DNA of 32,000 nt from Promethearchaeota archaeon. GTDB taxonomy: Archaea; Asgardarchaeota; Lokiarchaeia; Sigyniarchaeales; Promethearchaeaceae. The position numbers and the translations under genes are program-made. Location of the stretch: positions 120,001-152,000 of the forward strand of contig JAFGBS010000001.1 of assembly GCA_016933055.1 (NCBI GenBank), in the 5' to 3' direction. Each line of letters starts with the position of its first letter. Positions within the stretch are counted from its first letter, which is position 1. Positions 18,265-24,881 of this stretch are shown here, in pieces. The notes under the pieces were generated by a model. That model ran no database searches and was not told where the DNA came from. It was given only the letters and a program-made list of their open reading frames with translations.

Positions 18265-19545
18265 ATGGCTCAAAAAAGCATATATGAAGCAGCAGCGAAA
18301 CGATTAATCGCTTCTGAACTCCCAAAATATTATACTGGGTGGAAATATCACAATAAATTGCTTGTTATAGACTCAGAAAATATTGATGATATAGACACAC
18401 TAATAAAAAAAAATCCTTGGGTAAAACAAGAAAAATTAGTAGCAAAACCCGATCAACTCTTTGGGAAGCGCGGGAAGGCGAATCTAATATTACTTGGCGC
18501 TAATTGGAATGAAATGAAAGAATTCTGCAGTGCAAAAATGAATTCTGTTTTCGAAATTGGGAATTTGAAAGGTAAACTTGAACGCATCTTAGTTGAACCC
18601 TTTATTCCTCATGATCAGGAATTTTATGTGTCATTTACAACTCATCGACATGGAGATACAATCCATTTTTCTTTGGAAGGAGGTATTTTTATTGAAGAGA
18701 ATTGGGATAAAGTGACACATATTAATGTACCATTCGGAATAGACATCAGATCATTTGATTTAAAATCCAAACTCCCCGATATCGGTAAATTAGGAGAATT
18801 TATTATCCCATTTATCAAAGGTTTATACCAAGTATTTGTGGATCAAGATTTCACTTTTCTGGAATTAAATCCATTCGCACTTACCAAAATCAATGAAATT
18901 GTACCATTAGATGTAAAAGCTCGAATAGATGATACAGCGGCATTTCTTCATGGAGATACATGGGGAAATACGATTGAATTCCCGGTTGGGTTCGGTCAAG
19001 AATTTTCCGATGAAGAAATAAGGATCAGAGAACTGGATGAGAAAACGGGAGCTTCATTAAAATTGCGAATACTTAACCCAAAAGGTAGAATTTGGACTAT
19101 GGTAGCGGGTGGGGGTGCTTCCGTTGTTTATACGGATACGATTGCAGATCTTGGATTCGGGGGTGAATTAGGAAATTATGGGGAATATTCTGGCAATCCA
19201 ACTCAAGAACATACTGAAATCTATGCACATACTATAATTAACCTTATGTGTAAATACCCCTCTCCCAAAGGAAAGTTGAAGTATTTAATCATAGGAGGGG
19301 GTATTGCAAATTTCACGGATATAAAAGCTACATTTTTTGGTATAACTAACGCAATAACAAAATCCGCTGAAAAATTAAAGAAAAATAATGTACAAATTTA
19401 TGTACGACGTGGTGGTCCAAATGAGAAGGCAGGGTTGGAACTCATTCGAAAGGTTGGAGAAAAAACGGGAATCCCCATCCATGTGTATGATAGATATACC
19501 CATATGACCAAAGTTGTAGAATTAATAAAGCAAGCGGAGGAATAA
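18265..19545 (+). CDS. aclB: ATP-citrate lyase small/beta subunit (AclB in Chlorobium nomenclature = ACLA in plants)
   Basis: KPDQLFGKRGKA, VEPFIPHDQEFY, GGIFIEENWDKV, FLELNPF, DDTAAF, LDEKTGASLKL, NPKGRIWTMVAGGGASVVY, NYGEYSG, GGGIANFTD, VRRGGPN. The start ATG 18265 (MAQKSIYE) is preferred over the track's GTG 18172. Confidence 0.96.
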   Translation: MAQKSIYEAAAKRLIASELPKYYTGWKYHNKLLVIDSENIDDIDTLIKKNPWVKQEKLVAKPDQLFGKRGKANLILLGANWNEMKEFCSAKMNSVFEIGNLKGKLERILVEPFIPHDQEFYVSFTTHRHGDTIHFSLEGGIFIEENWDKVTHINVPFGIDIRSFDLKSKLPDIGKLGEFIIPFIKGLYQVFVDQDFTFLELNPFALTKINEIVPLDVKARIDDTAAFLHGDTWGNTIEFPVGFGQEFSDEEIRIRELDEKTGASLKLRILNPKGRIWTMVAGGGASVVYTDTIADLGFGGELGNYGEYSGNPTQEHTEIYAHTIINLMCKYPSPKGKLKYLIIGGGIANFTDIKATFFGITNAITKSAEKLKKNNVQIYVRRGGPNEKAGLELIRKVGEKTGIPIHVYDRYTHMTKVVELIKQAEE

Positions 19546-19547
19546 AA

Positions 19548-21386
19548 ATGAAAGACTATGAACTATTCGATAGGAATACTCAAGCAATTATTTATGGATA
19601 CCAATCGGATGCAATCCAGCGAATGGTGGATTTTGATTATGTATGTAGAAGACAGAAACCAAGCGTTGCGGCAATTATTCAACCCACTCAAACTTCTGCA
19701 ATCGCGTATCACAAAGTATTCTGGGGTTCCACAGAAATTGTGATTCCCATTTATAAAACTATCAGTATTGCAGTCGCAAAGCATCCTACAGCAGATGTTT
19801 TAATCAATTTTGCTTCTTTCCGCTCAGCATTTGAAACCAGCTTAGAAGCACTTCACACAAAAACCATTCGGACAATAGTCATCATTGCTGAGGGTATTCC
19901 GGAAAAACATTCTAGATTATTGATTAAAGTCGCTGAAGAGAACAACAAATTTATTATCGGACCAGCAACAGTCGGAGGGATCGTTGCTGGTGCATTCAAA
20001 ATCGGAAATACGGCTGGAACATTAGAAAACATCATTCTGAGCAAACTTTATCGACCGGGTTCCGTAGGATTTGTATCAAAATCGGGTGGAATGAGCAATG
20101 AAATGTATTTTATGATAGCACAGAACACCGACGGTATTCGAGAGGGTGTAGCAGTAGGTGGAGACCGTTATCCGGGTTCCACATTATTGGATCATCTTAT
20201 ACGGTTTGAGAAAAACCCCAGCATCAAAATGTTGGTCTGCTTAGGAGAAATTGGAGGGACGGATGAGTACGCCATAGTAGATGCTCTTAGCAAGGAAAAT
20301 ATCACGAAACCATTAGTTATGTGGGTTACGGGTACTGCAGCTCGCATATTACCGAAAGGATTACAATTTGGCCATGCCGGTGCGATGGCTGGAAGCGAAA
20401 ATGAAACTGCGGAAGCGAAAAATAGAGCACTAAAAGATGCTGGTGCAATTGTTCCAAATTCATATAACGATTTCGATAAAAAAATAAAAGAAACATTTGA
20501 AAATCTGAAGAAACAAGGTATAATCCAACCTATTGAGGATTTTGAACCCCCTCAGATTCCAATAGACTTCAAAGATGCCGTAAAGCAAGGACTTGTGCGA
20601 CGTCCAACAGACGTAGTTGTAACGATTTCTGATGATCGAGGAGATATCCCCACTTTTAGTAAAGTAGGATTGGATGAAATCATAGAGAAGAATAAATCGA
20701 TCGGATACGTAATCGGTTTACTGTGGTTTAAACGGAAATTACCCGATTTTGCGCAGCAGTTCATTGAGATGGTGATCAAATTAACGGCAGATCATGGACC
20801 TGCAGTAAGTGGTGCCCATAATGCAATTGTTACGGCGCGTGCGGGGAAAGATTTAATGTCATCATTGTCAAGCGGCATCCTTACCATCGGTCCTCGATTC
20901 GGAGGAGCAATTTCTGATGCAGCAAGATATTTCCGAGAAGCTCTTTTGAAAAAAATGAGTCCACAAGAATTTGTTTCCTATATGAAAAACGTGCTAAAGA
21001 TAAATATACCGGGAATTGGTCACAGGATTAAGTCTATTGAGAATCCTGATGTTCGAGTTAAACTTTTGAAAGAGTTTGTATTCCAGAATTTTAAGAAACA
21101 TCCTTATCTTGATTTTGCATTGGAAGTTGAAAAATTAACCACTACTAAACGCAATAATCTGATCTTGAATGTGGATGGATGCATCGGAATCACCTTTCTT
21201 GATATGTTGGAAAATCTTGATTTTACAGCTGAAGAAATTGAAGATGTGATCTACAGCGAAACTCTCAATGGACTGTTCGTATTAGGGCGTTCGATCGGCA
21301 TGATGGGTCATATATTTGATCAGAAACGCCAACGAGCAGGATTATACCGACAACCCTGGGATGAAATTCTGTTTTCAGATTCGTAA
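19548..21386 (+). CDS. aclA: ATP-citrate lyase large/alpha subunit (AclA = plant ACLB): SCS-alpha-like plus citryl-CoA lyase domain
   Basis: NFASFRSA, IAEGIPE, GPATVGG, KLYRPGSVGFVSKSGGMSNE, phospho-His QFGHAGA, TADHGPAVSGAHN, IGPRFGGA, IPGIGHRIKS, LNVDG. Confidence 0.97.
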   Translation: MKDYELFDRNTQAIIYGYQSDAIQRMVDFDYVCRRQKPSVAAIIQPTQTSAIAYHKVFWGSTEIVIPIYKTISIAVAKHPTADVLINFASFRSAFETSLEALHTKTIRTIVIIAEGIPEKHSRLLIKVAEENNKFIIGPATVGGIVAGAFKIGNTAGTLENIILSKLYRPGSVGFVSKSGGMSNEMYFMIAQNTDGIREGVAVGGDRYPGSTLLDHLIRFEKNPSIKMLVCLGEIGGTDEYAIVDALSKENITKPLVMWVTGTAARILPKGLQFGHAGAMAGSENETAEAKNRALKDAGAIVPNSYNDFDKKIKETFENLKKQGIIQPIEDFEPPQIPIDFKDAVKQGLVRRPTDVVVTISDDRGDIPTFSKVGLDEIIEKNKSIGYVIGLLWFKRKLPDFAQQFIEMVIKLTADHGPAVSGAHNAIVTARAGKDLMSSLSSGILTIGPRFGGAISDAARYFREALLKKMSPQEFVSYMKNVLKINIPGIGHRIKSIENPDVRVKLLKEFVFQNFKKHPYLDFALEVEKLTTTKRNNLILNVDGCIGITFLDMLENLDFTAEEIEDVIYSETLNGLFVLGRSIGMMGHIFDQKRQRAGLYRQPWDEILFSDS

Positions 21387-21485
21387 TCCAAATAAAAAAG
21401 AGGAATTTTTTCCCAGATTGTTTGAATTTAAAACCAATAATAATTTAATATACTTCCCCCCAAAATGAATATGGAATTGAATGGT

Positions 21486-22706
21486 ATGGTTGAAATGGAA
21501 GAAAAATATGAGATGTATAAAACGATCCAAAAAGTGAAAGATCATGTGGCTAATTTGGTCATGGAACAATTGGATCGGATTGAACACATGAAACAGGAAC
21601 TTGATTTTATTGATTATACAAACTTGAAAAAAATCATTATTGGCATTATTCCGGGAGATGGAATTGGACCAGAAATAACCAAGCATGCCCACATGATTTT
21701 AGAGTTTCTCCTCGAAGAAGAAATCAAATCTGGTGCTATCGAACTTCGGGAAATCGAAGGACTTACAATTGAAGAACGCGCAAAGGTAATGAAAGCTATT
21801 CCCGATGATGTTCTTGTTGAGTTAAAGAAATGTCATGTGCTTTTAAAGGGTCCCACTATGACTCCTCGAAAAGGGGATAAATGGCCTAATATCGAAAGCG
21901 CAAACGTAGCAATGCGCCGTTATCTGGATCTGTTTGCAAACGTCCGACCTGTTCGAGTACCCCATTTAGGTATTGATTGGATGTTTTTCCGCGAAAATAC
22001 CGAAGGTGCGTATGTTTTAGGCTCGAAAGGAATAAACGTGACCGAAGATCTTGCCTTGGACTTTACCGCAGTAACCAAACAAGGATCGGAACGAATCATT
22101 CGAGCGGGATTTGAGTATGCAAAGAAAAACAGGATCAAAAAAGTATCCATTGTAACCAAGGCAAATGTCATTAAGACAACGGATGGTATGTTTTTGAATA
22201 TTGCTGAAAGAATCGCTGCGGAGTATCCAGATATTGAGTGCGATGATTGGTACGTTGACATAATGACGGCCAAACTCATAGATCCTGCGCGTCAGAAACA
22301 ATTCCGAGTGATTATTGCACCCAATTTATATGGAGATATTTTGACGGATCAAGCCGGTCAGATCCAAGGCGGTGTTGGAACTGCTGGAAGTGCGAATATT
22401 GGCAAGAGATATGCTATGTTTGAGGCAATTCATGGCACAGCAGATAAGATGATTGCTGAGGGGCGTGCAAAATATGCAGATCCCTCCAGTATCATAAAAG
22501 CTGCGGCATTATTGTTAAGCCATATTGAATTAAACATTAAAGCCCAAAAACTCGAAATGGCCTTAGATATTTGCTCAACATATGAAAAAAGACTTAAGGT
22601 GACGGGGAGAAGTACAGGAGTCACTGGAGAAGATTTTGCTAAATATATAATGGAAACCTTGAAAGATCCGAAATTGGAAGAGAAATGGAAAAAATATCAA
22701 GAATAA
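21486..22706 (+). CDS. icd: Isocitrate dehydrogenase (isocitrate/isopropylmalate dehydrogenase family); start uncertain (21465/21486/21495)
   Basis: PGDGIGPEI, LKGPT, isocitrate-specific S-x-N-x3-R (ESANVAMRR), RENTEGAY, TKANVIK, NLYGDILTD, FEAIHG; located in the TCA cluster. Confidence 0.88.
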   Translation: MVEMEEKYEMYKTIQKVKDHVANLVMEQLDRIEHMKQELDFIDYTNLKKIIIGIIPGDGIGPEITKHAHMILEFLLEEEIKSGAIELREIEGLTIEERAKVMKAIPDDVLVELKKCHVLLKGPTMTPRKGDKWPNIESANVAMRRYLDLFANVRPVRVPHLGIDWMFFRENTEGAYVLGSKGINVTEDLALDFTAVTKQGSERIIRAGFEYAKKNRIKKVSIVTKANVIKTTDGMFLNIAERIAAEYPDIECDDWYVDIMTAKLIDPARQKQFRVIIAPNLYGDILTDQAGQIQGGVGTAGSANIGKRYAMFEAIHGTADKMIAEGRAKYADPSSIIKAAALLLSHIELNIKAQKLEMALDICSTYEKRLKVTGRSTGVTGEDFAKYIMETLKDPKLEEKWKKYQE

Positions 22707-22731
22707 CAGCAATAGTTCACATTCCATTCTC

Positions 22732-22743
22732 TTTTTTTTTTTT
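22732..22743 (+). terminator. Oligo-T (T12) terminator after icd
   Basis: An uninterrupted T12 run 25 nt downstream of the icd stop, marking the end of the TCA plus arm. Confidence 0.6.
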
Positions 22744-22867
22744 ACAATTAAACCTTATCCTCTAGCATTTGTTTTCTAAGTTTTCTCAACTCCATCTAAG
22801 CATTTTTCATCTAATGTATCTGTGTTATAAAGGATTACAAACCAAATAAATAAGAGTGAGACAAAAT

Positions 22868-23200
22868 ATGGGTATAAACCAGAAAGTTAAGGAATATTTT
22901 GATAAGCAACCTTCGCCCCAAAAAGAGATTTGCATTAAACTACGTGAAATAATCATCAAAATCTTTCCCAATATTACCGAGGAAATGAAATGGGGCGTAC
23001 CCGTTTATGGAAATGAAAAATTTTACATAGGCTCTTTTAAACATAGTGTCAATCTTGGGTTTAATGTCAAAGGACTAACCCCGCAAGAGTTAAACTTATT
23101 TGAAGGTAGCGGAAAATTCATGCGTCATATTAAAATTCGCACGTTGGAAGATATTGATGAAAGAAATATCGTTAAATTATTGCAGAAAGTTTCTGCATAA
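22868..23200 (+). CDS. DUF1801 (YdhG-like) domain protein
   Basis: V.EY......QKEIC..LREII...P...E.MKWGVPVY pattern, LFEGSGKFMRHIKI; ATG 22868 preferred over GTG 22856. Confidence 0.8.
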   Translation: MGINQKVKEYFDKQPSPQKEICIKLREIIIKIFPNITEEMKWGVPVYGNEKFYIGSFKHSVNLGFNVKGLTPQELNLFEGSGKFMRHIKIRTLEDIDERNIVKLLQKVSA

Positions 23201-23331
23201 ACATTCATTATACTTTACCCATTTATTACCCCGCTTCTAAGCCGATATTGTATAGTTTAGGGAATTTAACCAAAATTTTATATCGTTCTATACTTTTTCC
23301 TTCTCAAATTCTAGCTTTTAAAGTGAGCAGC

Positions 23332-24672
23332 ATGAAGAAAAAATCTGTAATAATTATCGGCGCATTAGGCATGGACTTCCATGTATTTAACACCGTATTT
23401 CGAGACAACGAGGAATATAATGTTATTGCATTTACTATTGCAGGAGAACAAAATGTTGGTACTACCGAGAATGCAGAACGTAAATATCCTTCTGAACTAG
23501 CGGGTGTACTCTATCCAAATGGAATTCCGATGGTACCTGAAACTGAATTGATCTCCATGATAAAGAAACATAATGTAGATGAAGTGGTTTTTGCCTACTC
23601 TGATGTTTCTCATGAAGAAGTAATGCATAAAGCCTCCCGAACACTTGCAGCGGGTGCAAATTATCGGTTAATTTCAAAAAGATTCACGATGATTAAGGCT
23701 AAAAAACCCGTTGTAGCTATTTGTGCGGTTCGTACGGGGTGTGGAAAATCTCAAGTGTCTCGAGCAACCTACCGCTACTTAAAATCCAAGGGACATCGGG
23801 TTGTAGCTATTAGAGAACCGATGCCGTATGGTGATTTGGTAGAACAAGAAGTTATGCGATTCGCAACTTATGAAGACCTTGATAAATACAAATGTACAAT
23901 CGAAGAAAGGGAAGAATATGAGCCGTATATTGAACAAGGTTTGGTTATTTACAGTGGCGTTGATTATGAGAAAATTGTGAGAGAAGCGGAGAAAGAAGCT
24001 GATGTAATTGTGTTTGATGGAGGAAATAACGAAATTTCTTTCTATGTTCCCGATTTGCAATTTGTAGTCGTAGATCCGCTTCGACCAGGTCACGAGATGA
24101 AATATCATCCCGGAGAAGTAAACGCGCGTTTAGCAGATGCGTTTGTCATTAATAAAATGAATAGTGCAAAACCAGAGAATGTTGCAATAGTTGATAAAAA
24201 TCTGGATGAATTAAATCCAAAAGCGATGAGAATTTATACAGATTCCGTAGTAACAGTCGATAACGTCAAAGAAATTAAAGGTAAACGAGCTATAGTGGTG
24301 GAGGACGGCCCAACATTAACTCACGGGAATATGGCTTATGGGGCAGGGTATATTGCTGCTAAAAACAACGATGTAACCATAGTGGATCCAAAACCACATA
24401 TTGTAGGTACTATGAAAAAAGTGTTTGAAGAATTTCCACAAATTACTGAAATCGTACCCGCTATGGGATATAATGATGAACAAATCCGAGATATGCAAAC
24501 GACACTAAATAACATTGACGCAGACATTATCATAGATGGGTCTCCAATTGACTTGGCAAAATTAGTGAAAGTAAATAAACCGATCTATCGAGTGTACTAT
24601 GACATTGAATCTATCCAATCTCCAAGTATAGAGGATGCCTTAGATAAATTTATTGCAAAACACCTTAATTAA
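23332..24672 (+). CDS. P-loop ATP-dependent ligase of the cDPGS / arginine synthetase (ArcE)-like family, with divergent motifs
   Basis: P-loop AVRTGCGKS; AYSDVSH; PMPYGDL; TIEEREEYEP; DGGNN; HPGE; VEDGPTLTHG; PAMGY. The start ATG 23332 (MKKKSVIIIG) is preferred over TTG 23248. Confidence 0.85.
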   Translation: MKKKSVIIIGALGMDFHVFNTVFRDNEEYNVIAFTIAGEQNVGTTENAERKYPSELAGVLYPNGIPMVPETELISMIKKHNVDEVVFAYSDVSHEEVMHKASRTLAAGANYRLISKRFTMIKAKKPVVAICAVRTGCGKSQVSRATYRYLKSKGHRVVAIREPMPYGDLVEQEVMRFATYEDLDKYKCTIEEREEYEPYIEQGLVIYSGVDYEKIVREAEKEADVIVFDGGNNEISFYVPDLQFVVVDPLRPGHEMKYHPGEVNARLADAFVINKMNSAKPENVAIVDKNLDELNPKAMRIYTDSVVTVDNVKEIKGKRAIVVEDGPTLTHGNMAYGAGYIAAKNNDVTIVDPKPHIVGTMKKVFEEFPQITEIVPAMGYNDEQIRDMQTTLNNIDADIIIDGSPIDLAKLVKVNKPIYRVYYDIESIQSPSIEDALDKFIAKHLN

Positions 24673-24701
24673 TCCTCTTTCTTTGTTCTACTTTCTTTTT
24701 T
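24673..24701 (+). terminator. Pyrimidine/oligo-T terminator candidate
   Basis: TCCTCTTTCTTTGTTCTACTTTCTTTTTT immediately after the stop codon. Confidence 0.45.
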
Positions 24702-24881
24702 AATTTCAAGCTTTTTAATCATTATCGACAGAATAAAAAATAGTTAAAATCTTGCTTATTTAATGGGATTCGTTTGGGAATTACTCCAAAACCCTATTCT
24801 CCTTTACTTATAACAACATCCCCAAAAGTTTTTTATTTTCTCGAAAGGTATATTGCTTATCTTGTTTTGGAGTGTGGATAG

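Noticed and set aside
19548-21386. Citrate synthase call from the DHG/GHR/NVD motifs
   Set aside because: These belong to the citryl-CoA lyase domain fused to an SCS-alpha-like domain with a phospho-His, i.e. ACL.
16110-21386. aclBA as a recent tandem duplication of sucCD
   Set aside because: Similarity is limited to ancient shared motifs (GHAGA, SKSG, ELNP/EVNP). The ACL matches the wider ACL family far better, and no DNA-level repeat is visible.
21402-21413. GGAA-TTTT-TTCC mini hairpin after aclA
   Set aside because: A four-bp stem is too weak to call a terminator or RNA element.
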